In this document: positions 50,451 to 62,675 of the stretch, piece by piece
Position numbering within the stretch: the stretch's first letter is position 1
Layout of the letters: every line of letters begins with the position of its first letter
Virus record (IMG/VR): IMGVR_UViG_3300042991_000365
Location: 1,540-65,539 of that record
Source: a virus
Taxonomy: Duplodnaviria; Caudoviricetes
Length of the DNA: 64,000 nucleotides
Reading direction: 5' to 3' (one strand)
Position numbers and translations under genes: made by a program
The notes under the pieces: generated by a model
The model's database searches: none
Told to the model about the DNA's origin: nothing
Seen by the model: the letters and a program-made list of their open reading frames with translations, nothing else

Positions 50451-51543
50451 AACAGAAATAACATTAATTAATGGCGATAAAGCCACTATTATAGACACGA
50501 ATAAAGTTAAAGCTCTTAAATCAGAAAACTACAATTTTATCTTTAATAAGGAAGACGGTTTCTTTTGTCGTTGGGGAAAAACAGAAAATGATGATGGAGA
50601 TTTGGAACTTGGAATAACCGAAATTGCGGATATAGAGCTAAGTACCGTGTGTCACGGTGTTGGTAAACCATGTAGTTTCTGTTACAAAAGCAATGTTGGA
50701 CATAAAGGTGATAACATGACATTTGATACTTTCAAAAAAGTATATAAAAAATTACCACCATCAATCACACAAATTGCGGCTGGAATTGGAGATATAGATG
50801 GTAATCCTGATTTATGGCGAATATTTGAATTTTGCAAAGATAATGATACAGCTATAAATGTGACTATAAATGGAGCAAGAATGACACCAGAATATTATGA
50901 TAATCTAGCAAAATACTGTGGTGCAGTATCTGTATCAATATATGATAAAGAATTGAGTTACAACGCACTACAAGAGTTAACAAGTCGTGGTATGAAACAA
51001 TGCAACATACATTTTATGATTAGCGAGGAAACCATAGATAAGGCATATGAAATTATGGATGATATGAAAACTGATCCAAGATTGAGTAAAATGAATGCAA
51101 TAGTTTTTCTTTCTTTAAAAAAGAAAGGAAATGCAAAATCTGGATTTACACAATTATCACAAGATAAATTTGACAAACTTTCTAAATATGCTTTAGATAA
51201 TAATATTAGTTTTGGTTTCGATAGTTGTAGTAGTCACAAATTCTTACATTATGTTGATTCTACTAAAGATTTAGATGAAAAACAAAAAAATGAAATTCGT
51301 CAATCAATCGAACCGTGTGAGAGTTCCATTTACTCCAGTTATATTTCTTGTGGTAGTTCAACATCAAACCCAAAATATTATCCTTGTAGTTTTTGTGAAG
51401 GTGTTAATGATGATTGGAAAGATGGAATAGATGTTTTAGAATGTGATAATTTTTTAAATGATATTTGGCAACATGAAAAAACAAAAAAGTTTAGAAAAAA
51501 ACTTATTAGTTGTGGTCGGGATTGCCCAATTTATAAAATTTGA
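50443..51543 (+). CDS. radical SAM protein with Cys-rich C-terminus
   Basis: CHGVGKPCSFC (CX6CX2C variant), NVTING, PCES, YPCSF, CPIY. Confidence 0.85.
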   Translation: MNKTEITLINGDKATIIDTNKVKALKSENYNFIFNKEDGFFCRWGKTENDDGDLELGITEIADIELSTVCHGVGKPCSFCYKSNVGHKGDNMTFDTFKKVYKKLPPSITQIAAGIGDIDGNPDLWRIFEFCKDNDTAINVTINGARMTPEYYDNLAKYCGAVSVSIYDKELSYNALQELTSRGMKQCNIHFMISEETIDKAYEIMDDMKTDPRLSKMNAIVFLSLKKKGNAKSGFTQLSQDKFDKLSKYALDNNISFGFDSCSSHKFLHYVDSTKDLDEKQKNEIRQSIEPCESSIYSSYISCGSSTSNPKYYPCSFCEGVNDDWKDGIDVLECDNFLNDIWQHEKTKKFRKKLISCGRDCPIYKI

Positions 51544-52433
51544 TTTAGTAATTTTTTAATATTTCTATAATCAGTACCTATAATTTTACCAATTTCGTTA
51601 AAAGTCATGTGTTTTTCTAAATACATGACTTTTATTTTTTCTATATTTTCATCAGAAAAAAATATACGTTTAATTTTAAGTCCATTATCTAAAATAAAAT
51701 TTGTTATTCTAAGTTCACTTATATCATATTTTTTAGATAATTTACTAATATTTATAAAATTATTTTTATAATCATATAGTATATTGTCTCCAATGTTTTT
51801 GGGTATTGGTTTATATCCATGTGAATATTTTCCATATTTTCCAAAGCTAGAATTTTTTTCTCCACTATGGACACCATTATCTTTAAGATATTTAGAAATT
51901 TTTTCTTTTTTATCTTTTGACCATTTATTATTATAGTTTGGGTTATTTTCACCAGTAGTTATTTTTGAAATTTTGTCTCTATATTCTTTGGTTTTATATT
52001 TGTGATTATGATAATTTTCTTTTCTAGTTTTAATATATTTTTCTTTACGTTCATCAGTAAACTCAACACCATACATTGGGTTATTTTTTCCTTTACTTGT
52101 TCCTCTTTCTTTAATTGTATTACTAATTTTATTCTTAATTTCATCTGTCATTAAATATTTATCACCACCATCAGTTAAATTATATCCAATATCTAAATTT
52201 GTAGATTTATATTCTGATATCCAAAAAACTTCACGGCTATTCAATTTATCACTATATTCACAATATTCTAATATTTCTTTTCTGAAATTATTTTCACCAT
52301 ATTTTTTAATTGCTAATTGCAAAATTGTACCTGAACCTAAATAATTATCAATTTTTTTTGATTTATCTATATGTTGTCCTATATAAATTTTACCATTAAG
52401 TAAATTTGTTGTTTTATAAATATACATTTTCAT
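51531..52433 (-). CDS. GIY-YIG homing endonuclease with NUMOD3-like repeats
   Basis: YIYKTTNLLNGKIYIGQ, YLGSG, GYNLTDGG, GKNNPMYG. Confidence 0.92.
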   Translation of the reverse strand: MKMYIYKTTNLLNGKIYIGQHIDKSKKIDNYLGSGTILQLAIKKYGENNFRKEILEYCEYSDKLNSREVFWISEYKSTNLDIGYNLTDGGDKYLMTDEIKNKISNTIKERGTSKGKNNPMYGVEFTDERKEKYIKTRKENYHNHKYKTKEYRDKISKITTGENNPNYNNKWSKDKKEKISKYLKDNGVHSGEKNSSFGKYGKYSHGYKPIPKNIGDNILYDYKNNFINISKLSKKYDISELRITNFILDNGLKIKRIFFSDENIEKIKVMYLEKHMTFNEIGKIIGTDYRNIKKLLNQIL

Positions 52434-52597
52434 CACAAAATTATTTTTTTAATTTCTTCTTGATAAATATTTTTTAGATCTTGGTATATAAGCCATTCTA
52501 TATATTTAGATTTGTTATTAATTGTATTGTTCATTAAGTTATCAAGATTTCTGTCTATTGAAACCGTCCTGTTTATTTTTGTTTTTATTTTTCCCAT
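52433..52597 (-). CDS. ribbon-helix-helix protein (below cutoff)
   Basis: NRTVSIDRNL...NKSKYIEWLI; stop overlaps endonuclease start. Confidence 0.7.
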   Translation of the reverse strand: MGKIKTKINRTVSIDRNLDNLMNNTINNKSKYIEWLIYQDLKNIYQEEIKKIIL

Positions 52598-52728
52598 TAT
52601 TGAATTTATTTATTATTATATATAAATATTCTAAAGTCAAAAAGTGTTATTTTATATATTATTTTTGGTATTATTAAACATATTAAACAAAACAAAGATA
52701 TTTATCTATAAAAAAATAAACAATAGTT

Positions 52729-52914
52729 ATGGTTAGACGAAAACTTGCTGATGATAAGAAGAAGCCAAAGATATCAATAACAATTGATAGTAGATTAGAT
52801 GAAATTATGGAAATTCATTTAGAAAAAATAAAATTAAATAGATCAAAATATATTGAAGATTTAATACGTAAAGACTTTGAGAAAAAAGGATATGATATTA
52901 CACCAAATTTTTAA
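52729..52914 (+). CDS. ribbon-helix-helix protein
   Basis: KISITIDSRL...NRSKYIEDLI. Confidence 0.75.
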   Translation: MVRRKLADDKKKPKISITIDSRLDEIMEIHLEKIKLNRSKYIEDLIRKDFEKKGYDITPNF

Positions 52915-52950
52915 AAAAACCTTATATTTGTAATTAAATATTTTAAACAT

Positions 52951-53262
52951 ATGACTAATCCAAAATATAAATATAATTGGGAAATATATCCATCTTGGAA
53001 AAAAGATTCTTCAAAATCAGATGTTCATGATTATAGTGGAACAATTAAAAAAATTATAGAAGCTCATAAACAAAAAAAAGATGAAGATTCTAAAAAATAT
53101 AGTGAGATTATAGAAAAATTAACAAAGAAAAAATCTAAAAAAGAGAATGCTCAAGAAATATTAGATAAATTAAATAATGATAAAGAACTAAAACTTGAAT
53201 TCGAAAAATTGTTAAGAAAAGAAAAATTAGATAGAATAGATAATGAAAGAGATACTAATTAA
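52951..53262 (+). CDS. RxxKLxKI-tail family protein
   Basis: LRKEKLDRID; TATATTTG at 52923-52930. Confidence 0.75.
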   Translation: MTNPKYKYNWEIYPSWKKDSSKSDVHDYSGTIKKIIEAHKQKKDEDSKKYSEIIEKLTKKKSKKENAQEILDKLNNDKELKLEFEKLLRKEKLDRIDNERDTN

Positions 53263-53450
53263 ATGGCTTGGTAGAGAAAGATATTGTAAATTTTTTCATT
53301 CAGCAGAATTTAAAGATAACATGTGGTATTGTAATAAATGCAATTTATCATATAATAGACATGAGCACGATGATGATTTAGGACCATATTAATTTTTAAA
53401 ATTTTGAATAATATTCAAAAATAATTTTTATATTTGTAAAAAAATAAATT

Positions 53451-56400
53451 ATGGCTAAAGAAAATAAAATGCTAATTTCTGATTTAATAAAAGAGTTAGA
53501 ATTAATAAAAAAAGAATATGGTGATATACCATGTGTACATTCAGAAGAACATGAATATTGGGGTTCTGTTCAAACACATTTATCTCGTCTATATAATATT
53601 GAAGTTGGCTCTGGTCAACCAGATGGTCCTAAATCTGGTGTATCAGAATTATGTGTAAAATTTGGTAAATAAGTAACCTATGAACAAAAAAATAAAAGAT
53701 ATTATAATAAATTCTTTTCTTAAACAATGGTATAAAAACACCAACGAGAAAATTGTAATTGATTCTGAAAATAATATATCTGTTAATAATAGAGACTTGT
53801 TATTTTTATATAAAGAACTATTGACAGCATTTATAGGAAATTCTAATAAATATAAAATTGTTGGTTCAGATAAAGCTAAATCATTTTCCATTGGATTTTC
53901 TGACGAAGACACAATGCTACAAACAGCACAAGACATTTGGAATAATCCACATGATTATTATAAATTTCATAAAGATGATGACGAGTATTATGAATTTTTA
54001 AAATTTTTATGGATTGAATATCCCAATGGTAACGAAGAAAGATTAACAGATTGTATTAATACAAATTAACTATCATGAGAGAAGATAATTATAAAAGTTT
54101 TGACGAATTTATATTATCAGGAGAAAAAGTTAGAATTATACCTGATTTAACTTTAGATTATTATAAAGAGATGCTAAAGTATAAAGTTAAAATGGAAACA
54201 TATGAAGATAAATTAGATAAAATTCCAATTGAAAAAATTGAAAGATATTTAAGGAATAAAAAATTAAAAAACATCATGAAGAATGAAATGTAAACTTTTT
54301 TTAGTATCAAATACAAGTCAAGATGAAAATAAAATTAATGAATGGCTAAAAACTATTCCTGGAATTAATATTATTCATTTTAATTCAAACCTTTGTGATT
54401 CAGGTGATGTATTATTAACAATATTTTATTCTGATAGAAAAGATAAATTAAATAATTTAAAGGATTTAAACACATGAAAATAAGAGAAGTAAAACCAAAA
54501 ATTATTATTGCAGGAACAGGTTCAGTTGATGAATGTGAATGTTGCAACGAAACATTTTTATCTGGTGCTGCTTGTTTTTTGGTAGATAAAGAAATTTTTA
54601 TTAACTTGTGCGATATTTGTATAAAAAATAGATTTAAGGAAATTAAAAAATGAAAAAAATATTATTAGTATTATTAGTTTTTTTTAGTTCTTGTCATAAA
54701 ATTGATAAAGAAAATTATTATATTAATGAAAAATTTATATTAGTAGGTACTAATGAAGTTGATGGTTTTTCAAATGATAAATTTCACAAACCATTAGTAA
54801 CAAAAATATGGTTAATAGAAAGAGTTTCAAATCCGACTGAACATGCTGAATTAACCAGTGAGGATGAATATAATGGTAGATTTAAGATTACAAAGGACTT
54901 GTGGTATAATAGAAAAATAGGAGATACACTTTATTTTGAATTTATTAACAAAGATAGATTTTTTAAAATTAAAAAACATGAGTAATTATTGTTCAAAATG
55001 TCACGGCATATTTCCTGATGGTACACCAATGCATATTATTATAGATGATTTTTATGCTTGTTCTTCTTGTTTTGATAAAATAAAAAAATTTAAATCAAGA
55101 GAATATACAAAAGAAGAAGCATCAGAAAAATTATTAAAACATTTTTGGTGTTTATTAGAGTATTGGGAAGATTTACCAGATAAAACAACACATGAGAGAA
55201 TGTCAGGTATGTTGCATTCTATATTAGCAACACTTGATGGTGCTAGTGGTGATATGCCAGGTTTTAAAGTTATACCAATTACACGTAAAGGTGATATAGA
55301 TTTTCATAAAGCTTTTGGTGAAAATTGGTATCCAAAAAAAGATGTTGCTGGTGGTTTACATGAAATATTATATAGATTTAAGCCAACACTTAAAAACAAA
55401 AGATTAAGAAAATTAAAAAAAATAACTAAAAAAACAAAATCATGAAAAAAGAAGACATTGAAAACGTAATGGAAATAATTCTAAAAGATGCAAACAAAAG
55501 AGAGCAAGATGCTGGATTTAGTGGAAGTCATTCTGATGGTGGTGCATCAAGATTGAGAGAACAAGTTGAGTTTTATAAATATGGTATAGATGGATTAGTA
55601 CCGCCAGAATGTAATAAATATATAACTGATTATATAAATGAAAAAGACCCTGACTATTCTGAATATATCAGATTAAAAGAAAAATTTGAAAATGGAAGAA
55701 ATTAAAGATAAATATTATTACTTTCCTACAATGACAAAAAATATAATGTTTGTCAGAGGTCAAAAATACATTTGTTTATCAGATAATGTAAATAAATATA
55801 TGAAAAAAGGAGAATCTTATACATTATATGATTTTGAAAATAATAACTTCTTTGAAGATTTAAAATTTATAAATAATGATAAGATGATAATAAGAGTATC
55901 TGCATGTGATGTTGGTTCTTTTACATCATTAAAAAAGCAAAGACAAAGTAAACTAACAAAATTAAATAAAAAATGGGATTGGATATTAAAAGAAACAGAG
56001 CAGGTTTGTACAAAGTAAAAAGTTCAATATCTGATGAAAAATTAGGTAAAGAATGGATGACTGAAGATGAATTGAAAAAAATATTAATTGAAAGAGCATA
56101 TTGGAAATTTATAACAAATGCGATTGAAATTGATATGGAATTTCCTAGTGGATATTATATTAATAATAAAAGAAAAATTGTTGAGGAAAAACATTCTGCT
56201 GGTGGTGAATTTATTCTTAAAAATTGGAACAAAGAAGACACTATTGAAAAAAAATATAGGGAAATTTGTGAACGTTTAAAAATTGAATTATGAAAACAAC
56301 AATAGAAGTTTTATTCGTTATATCCATATTTGGATTCATATTATCATATTTTGCATATGCTATGCTTAAAACAGAACCAGACAATTCTAAAGTTGGTAAA

Positions 56401-58787
56401 CTTATTAAAAAATATAAAAAGCATTATAAAAAATTTGGTAAGGTTAATATGGTTTTTTTAATCTTAAGTATGATATTAGTATTAATTTTAAATAATGTAG
56501 TATGAAATTAACAAAACATTATCAATATAGTAAACATTGTAAAGATGGCAAAGATAGAAATTATCTTATCTACTTTTTAGATGGTATTGAAATTTTAAAG
56601 CAAAAAATACCATTTAATGAAAATTATGAACACGGCTTTGATAGAAGAACATCTATTACTGGTGAATATATTTTGAATGGTAAAATACACCAAACACGAT
56701 ATTTTCATGAAGCATGTGGTGCAGAACCAAAAAATATTAGAAATGTATCATTTCCATTATCTAAAAACAAATTAAAAGGTTTTAATATACCAAAAGATTT
56801 AAAAATTGAATTATAAAAATTATGGCACATTTATATAGAATACCAGATGGTGCAGGTGATAGCGGAGCATTCTCAGTTGCATTAGGATTAAATGAAGAAA
56901 ACAAAGTAGTGATAAAAGGAAACAGACCAATTGTTGGTTGCGTAATGCGAGTTGGTTCTGTTACTGCCAGGAGTTATTCAAAAAGTGATTATTGGACAAC
57001 TACAGAAATTTTAGAAATTTTAGAAGAGAGAGAAGATTACGTTAAATTTAGAACACAAAATTCTATTTACGAATGGAGAAGTTAAATAAAAACAAAATGA
57101 AAAGAATACTATTAAATCAAGAGGATTTTGAAAAATTAACAAGAGGTGAAATTATTCAAAAAGATGATGTAGAAATTGCATTATCTGACATAGGATATTA
57201 TAATATGATTGATATTATATTAACGAATAAAAATGATGAAAACTTAAAATCAAAAAATATTAAATAATGATTAAAGATTTAATAATAGAAAGAATTGATA
57301 TAATTAAAAGCGAGGAAGAAAATTTTAAATCTTATTGGTGGAAAGATATTTTTATTTCATATACAAAAACTGTCAATAAACTTCCTTTAAGTAGTCATAT
57401 ACCAGTAAGTGTACTTCAAAATATAACAGAACATATATCAGAAGTTAATTTTGATGATATGTCAGATGATGATTTAGTTCGTTTATTTGAACATGTTATA
57501 TTAACTAGGAATGAAATTTCCAATAATAGAGTAGAAAAAAAATATTTCAGTGAGTATGATTTTAAAAGTAACTTATAAAATTAATATATTATGGAATTAA
57601 AAGAACTTGGACATGTAAGAATAACAAACAGAGTTGATAAATTCGGTATTTCTAAAGAAATTAGATTATACACAAAAGCTCAACGTAGATTTATATTAAA
57701 TACAATAAAAGAAAAATCTAATGATATAAATGTAAAAGACATATTAAAATCATTTAATCTTCAACATGCAGTTTATCTTCATTGGTTAAAAAACGAGAAA
57801 AAAGAAAAATTAAAAGAAAGTGAATTATTAAAAAAAGAAATGATTAAAATAAAAGAACAAAAAAAAGAAGCTGTTAAAATAGAAAATCAAAAAAAAGAAA
57901 CAAAAATGGAATATACAATTTTAAAAGATTCAACAAGTTCTGGTTTAATTGAAAATGTTAAAAAACATATTTCTGATGGTTGGAAACCTATTGGTGGACA
58001 TCAAGTAGTTATTACCCAAACAATAGATAAGTATAGTGGTTCACAACACATGAGCACACTTAGTACAATTGTTTATTCTCAAACCATGATAAAAGAATAA
58101 AAATGAGCAATTCGATCTATAAAATTAGTGGGCAAGAAAGAAGAAATAAAAAAAAGGAACTTGCTAAAATAAAATATTCCGTTAAAATGTTTTGGTATTG
58201 GGAAGATGTTGATAGAGTTTATGGAGGTGGTTTAGAAAAAGATGAAGCTGAAGAAGCATTAAATTCATATAAAAAACAAATTGAAAAAATAGAACTAGAA
58301 TTAAAAGAATTATTATGACTAAAAAGAATAAAATAATTATTCATTCTGATGATAATAAAGAAAACATTGAATTGGCATTACTAGAAGCTATTTGGACTAT
58401 GAGATGGACAGAAAACAAAGAAGCAATGTATGCAGTTCTGACTGTTGAAGAAGCCCAACAAATAATGAAAGACATTTTTATAGAATTAGATAAAATTGGT
58501 TACGAAATAAAAAAGAAATAATGGTATATATATTAGTATTATCAATTTTTATTATTGGATTTTTATGTACATTTTTAATTGATAAATTATTAAGATTTAT
58601 TTATAATAAATTTTATATTTATAAATCAAAAGATAAATATCAAAGAATGCTTGCAAAAATCATATGCAATGATAAATTATCAATCTATGAAAAAGCTGAT
58701 AATATGTCTAAAATTGTTGAATTGAAACTAAAAGACATTAAAATGAAAGAAAGAAAAGATAAATTAAATAAACTAAATAGTAAATAG
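53451..58787 (+). other. run of about 18 short hypothetical ORFs, several with RxxKLxKI tails
   Basis: Tails in 54075, 54283, 54978, 55686, 58521; lipoprotein-like 54650; TATATTTG at 53429-53436. Confidence 0.7.
57591..58100 (+). CDS. HTH-like protein with DUF1737-like C-terminus
   Basis: VKKHISDGWKPIGG...YSQTMIK. Confidence 0.6.
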   Translation: MELKELGHVRITNRVDKFGISKEIRLYTKAQRRFILNTIKEKSNDINVKDILKSFNLQHAVYLHWLKNEKKEKLKESELLKKEMIKIKEQKKEAVKIENQKKETKMEYTILKDSTSSGLIENVKKHISDGWKPIGGHQVVITQTIDKYSGSQHMSTLSTIVYSQTMIKE

Positions 58788-58828
58788 TTTATATCATTAT
58801 TAGCTATCTGAAAAAATAATTTTTACAA

Positions 58829-59791
58829 ATGAAAAATAAATTAGACCATACCATTTACAAAGATCTTTTTAAATCAAACATTTCAAAGTTAACTTTAGAA
58901 AAATTAGAAGAACAAATAAAAAAAGCAAATTATAAAAACATTGAAAATAAACTATCAGATATAGAAAACATGAGGGGGTTACCAATGTTAATTACCACTT
59001 TTTATTATATGTTAGAAATAAACGGTGAGATACCAAATCTTAAAGATTTTTCAGATTTATGGATTCGAGATGTTTTTATTAAATTTCCAAAACTTAAAGA
59101 TGATGATGAAATAGAAATGGCTTTGCGTGGAAGAGCAAGTAGGACATATCCATCATTAATTAGAGATGTACATTTTAAATTATATTTGAGTGAATATTTA
59201 AAAGTATTTTTCGAAAATTACGAAATAGTATTTAATAAAAAATTAGATTCTAGAAATTTAATAGACATATTAATCATACTTGATGGTAAATATTATGGAT
59301 TAAAATTATTTACAAAAACACAAAATGCTATCAAGTACGCTAAAGAAAAACCAACTAGAAATGTTATAGAATTTAGTAATGTCGAATATATTAGTTTAAC
59401 ATTGAAATTGAATGATAAAGAAAAAAATATAGCTATTAATACTGGAACTCATATTTGTAATGAAAATTGTGAAAAAATATGTAAAAATAATCAAGAGATT
59501 TACTTATATGGATTTGAATATGTAAAAGAATTAAAAGAAATAATTGAGAACTTGAAAAAAAAGCATGAAATAGCAAAAACAATAGCACAAACAATGTTTG
59601 TTCAACTCAAAGATGATAAATATCTATTAAAAGAATTAAAAGAAATAATTGATAACAATAAAAAAAATCAAGAAATAAAAAATACAACAGTAAATACAAC
59701 AGCACAAACAATGTTTATTCAACTCAAAGATAATAAATATTTATTAGGTGAATTAAATATACTATTTAAAGAACATAAAATCGAAAAATGA
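58829..59791 (+). CDS. putative PD-(D/E)xK restriction-type nuclease
   Basis: RTYPSLIRDVHF, LD...IDILI..YGLKL; duplicated AQTMF.QLKD.KYLL tail. Confidence 0.45.
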   Translation: MKNKLDHTIYKDLFKSNISKLTLEKLEEQIKKANYKNIENKLSDIENMRGLPMLITTFYYMLEINGEIPNLKDFSDLWIRDVFIKFPKLKDDDEIEMALRGRASRTYPSLIRDVHFKLYLSEYLKVFFENYEIVFNKKLDSRNLIDILIILDGKYYGLKLFTKTQNAIKYAKEKPTRNVIEFSNVEYISLTLKLNDKEKNIAINTGTHICNENCEKICKNNQEIYLYGFEYVKELKEIIENLKKKHEIAKTIAQTMFVQLKDDKYLLKELKEIIDNNKKNQEIKNTTVNTTAQTMFIQLKDNKYLLGELNILFKEHKIEK

Positions 59792-60261
59792 AAATTTTTA
59801 AATACACATTCAGTATATCAAGGCATAAATTTCATGGTAGTTGGAAAAATAGCATAATATATAAGGATTTTGAAACCTTTAAAACTTTTAAAAATTTTAA
59901 ATATAACGGACTTGAAATTTTATATGATTCAACATACACTGTTACATTTAAAATTGATAAACAATTAATGAGAAGGCTCAAAATATTAAATATAAATGAA
60001 AATTGTAATAAAACAGAAAAAATAATTTTATATTTTATTGAAAATGCCATAGAAAAAGAAAAAGAAGATATTTCACCAAATTATTGGCATAGTTATAATT
60101 CTTACCAAACATATTCGTCTGGTGATTATTATATAAGAAAAACAATTGATGAATATGATATTCAAGAAAAAAAAGATAGAAAAAAGAATTTAATTTATCA
60201 ATCAAAAAACGTTTCTTCAAAAGCAAAACAATATATTAACAAAGTAAATTTTAGAAAATAA
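59788..60261 (+). CDS. hypothetical protein
   Basis: Internal RRLKILNI motif. Confidence 0.7.
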   Translation: MKIFKYTFSISRHKFHGSWKNSIIYKDFETFKTFKNFKYNGLEILYDSTYTVTFKIDKQLMRRLKILNINENCNKTEKIILYFIENAIEKEKEDISPNYWHSYNSYQTYSSGDYYIRKTIDEYDIQEKKDRKKNLIYQSKNVSSKAKQYINKVNFRK

Positions 60262-60270
60262 ATTAAGTAT

Positions 60271-61350
60271 ATGATAATAAATAAAACAACAATAGATTTT
60301 GATGACTTATTAATTGTACCATCAGAATCAAGTGATATTAATAGTAGAAAAGAAGTAAATGTATATGATGATAATGGAATGTTACCATTATTTACAGCAC
60401 CAATGGACACAGTAACTTGTTTAAAAAATGTTGATATATTTAAAGAAAATAAAATATATCCAATTTTACCAAGAACAACTGTTGGTGCTAATAAATATTT
60501 TAATTGGTTCTCAATGGGATTAACCGAATTTGAAGATTTTTTAAAATTATTTGAAAATATAGATACTAAAATATTTACCGAAAAAACTTATATTCTTATT
60601 GATATTGCCAATGGACATATGACCAAATTAAAAGATTTGGTTATAGAAGCAAAAGAAAAACTTGGTGATAATTTAGTATTAATGGTTGGTAACGTTGCCA
60701 ACTCACAAACATATAAATTATTATCTGATGCTGGTGCTGATTATATTAGATGTGGCGTAGGTAACGGTGGTGGTTGTCTCACCTCACAAAATGTTGGTGT
60801 TGGATATCCATTAGCATCATTAATTGATGAATGTTACAAAATTAGTTGTACACTAAATAATCCAGCAAAAATTGTAGCCGATGGTGGTATGAAAAATTAT
60901 TCAGATATAATTAAAGCATTAGCATTGGGTGCTGATATGGTTATGATTGGCTCAATATTTAATAAAGCATTAGAAAGTGCAGGAGAAACATATAAAGCAA
61001 ACGTAAAACATACTGGTGTTGAAAATTGGACAGAACCAGGTGAAATAGTTGATCAATATTCTGATAATACTAAAAATGCTTTTGAAAATGGTGCAAAATT
61101 TTATAAAAAATTTAGAGGAATGAGTACAAAAGGTGCTCAAAAATCACTAGGTAACACCATTTTAAAAACATCCGAAGGTGTTAATAGAATGAATCCTGTA
61201 GAATACACATTAGAAGGTTGGACTGAAAATTTCAGACACTATTTAGCATCAGCAATGTCATACACAGGAGCAAAAACACTTAATGATTTTATCGGAAAAG
61301 CTAATTTAGTATTAATTTCACCAGCAAGTTTTAATAGATTTAATAAATGA
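60271..61350 (+). CDS. GMP reductase / IMPDH family protein
   Basis: APMDTV, DIANGH, GVGNGGGCLT, ADGG, FRGM, SAMSYTGA. Confidence 0.92.
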   Translation: MIINKTTIDFDDLLIVPSESSDINSRKEVNVYDDNGMLPLFTAPMDTVTCLKNVDIFKENKIYPILPRTTVGANKYFNWFSMGLTEFEDFLKLFENIDTKIFTEKTYILIDIANGHMTKLKDLVIEAKEKLGDNLVLMVGNVANSQTYKLLSDAGADYIRCGVGNGGGCLTSQNVGVGYPLASLIDECYKISCTLNNPAKIVADGGMKNYSDIIKALALGADMVMIGSIFNKALESAGETYKANVKHTGVENWTEPGEIVDQYSDNTKNAFENGAKFYKKFRGMSTKGAQKSLGNTILKTSEGVNRMNPVEYTLEGWTENFRHYLASAMSYTGAKTLNDFIGKANLVLISPASFNRFNK

Positions 61351-61931
61351 TACCAATCTACAACCAATACATAAAACCAACACCTTATACTAATTATATA
61401 TCTGAAATTGCAATTATTAATACTAAAAATACAATAATTAAAAAAGATATTTTTTATATAGAAGGTGTTGATGACTCACCAATAAAAAGTGGGTTTTATT
61501 CAGATAATAATGATTATTTACTTAATTTATATTTCAATTCTCAATATGCCGTAAATAATAATATATTAAAAAGTATTAATTATACAAAAAAATATTTTAC
61601 ATATATTAAAGTAATTGAAGACTTAAACAACCCTCAATTAAATGGGCAAGTAATGATATTTTCATTTGGTAGAACATTATTTAACGTTTTTAGTTCTCAT
61701 GGTAACATTTTTAATAAAACTTTTAGAATTAAAGTTAATATAAAAAATGGATTTCCTGATTATAGTAATTGTGACTTTACAAATAAAAATGTAAATATTT
61801 TTGATAATAATTTAAATTTAGATTCTGAAATATTTTATAAAAAAATTAATATTGAATCCATTATTAGAAAAGAGAAATTAGAAAAAATAATAAATAATAT
61901 TAATGAAATTGAGAAATGGATTTGTGAGTAA
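61347..61931 (+). CDS. divergent T4 gp32-like ssDNA-binding fragment with RxxKLxKI tail
   Basis: IKVIED..NPQLNGQVMIFSFG, GFPDYS; ends IRKEKLEKI. Confidence 0.45.
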   Translation: MIPIYNQYIKPTPYTNYISEIAIINTKNTIIKKDIFYIEGVDDSPIKSGFYSDNNDYLLNLYFNSQYAVNNNILKSINYTKKYFTYIKVIEDLNNPQLNGQVMIFSFGRTLFNVFSSHGNIFNKTFRIKVNIKNGFPDYSNCDFTNKNVNIFDNNLNLDSEIFYKKINIESIIRKEKLEKIINNINEIEKWICE

Positions 61932-62526
61932 TAGTAGCTCAAGTAGTTTTATTATATCAAATGAAAAATTTCCCACTGTTAGGGATCTTGCTAAATATAT
62001 GCTAAATGCAAAAATAGAAGATGCTAAATATGAAAAGCATTCTAATTCAATTAAATATAATAAAAAACTAATAAAAAACTTAAATAATATAGATGAAAAT
62101 CGTTCAGTTAGCTTTTCAAGTTGTAATTACGATACATATATTAAAAAAGTTGCAGATTGTTATTTAGTTTCAACTTGTAATAATACTCAATGGAAATTAT
62201 ACGATTATTGTACAGTGTTATCAGATGAAGCGAAAGAAGAGATTATTAAAATAGCTAATAATTCTTCTAAAAAAGTTAAAAATAAACTATTAGAATTATT
62301 AGAAGACACTGGTGAATTTTATAATTTTGGTAAAGATTACTATGATTTAGATAATGAGATAATAGGAGTTGAAACATATGATGATTGTCCAAAATGTAAA
62401 GAAAAAGGTAAATATAATCATATGTGGAAAACTTTGAAACATGGAAAAATTTGTTTATCTTGCAATCAAGTTTGGAAAAGACAAGAAAAATTAGAAAAGA
62501 TTAATAATTTAAAAAATGAAAATTAG
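61903..62526 (+). CDS. MKxRNGFVSNSSSSSF-leader protein with zinc ribbon and RxxKLxKI tail
   Basis: Leader; CPKC..CLSC; KRQEKLEKIN. Confidence 0.82.
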   Translation: MKLRNGFVSNSSSSSFIISNEKFPTVRDLAKYMLNAKIEDAKYEKHSNSIKYNKKLIKNLNNIDENRSVSFSSCNYDTYIKKVADCYLVSTCNNTQWKLYDYCTVLSDEAKEEIIKIANNSSKKVKNKLLELLEDTGEFYNFGKDYYDLDNEIIGVETYDDCPKCKEKGKYNHMWKTLKHGKICLSCNQVWKRQEKLEKINNLKNEN

Positions 62527-62675
62527 AGAAACTGGATATTACTGGATAAAATTTAGATCAGAACATTGGGAGCCAGCTTCCTATTTTGATTATACTAAAA
62601 AATGGACAGTTTTAGGCTATTCTTTAGTTTTTAAAGATAGTGATATTGATGAAATAGATGAAAAAATGATAAAAA

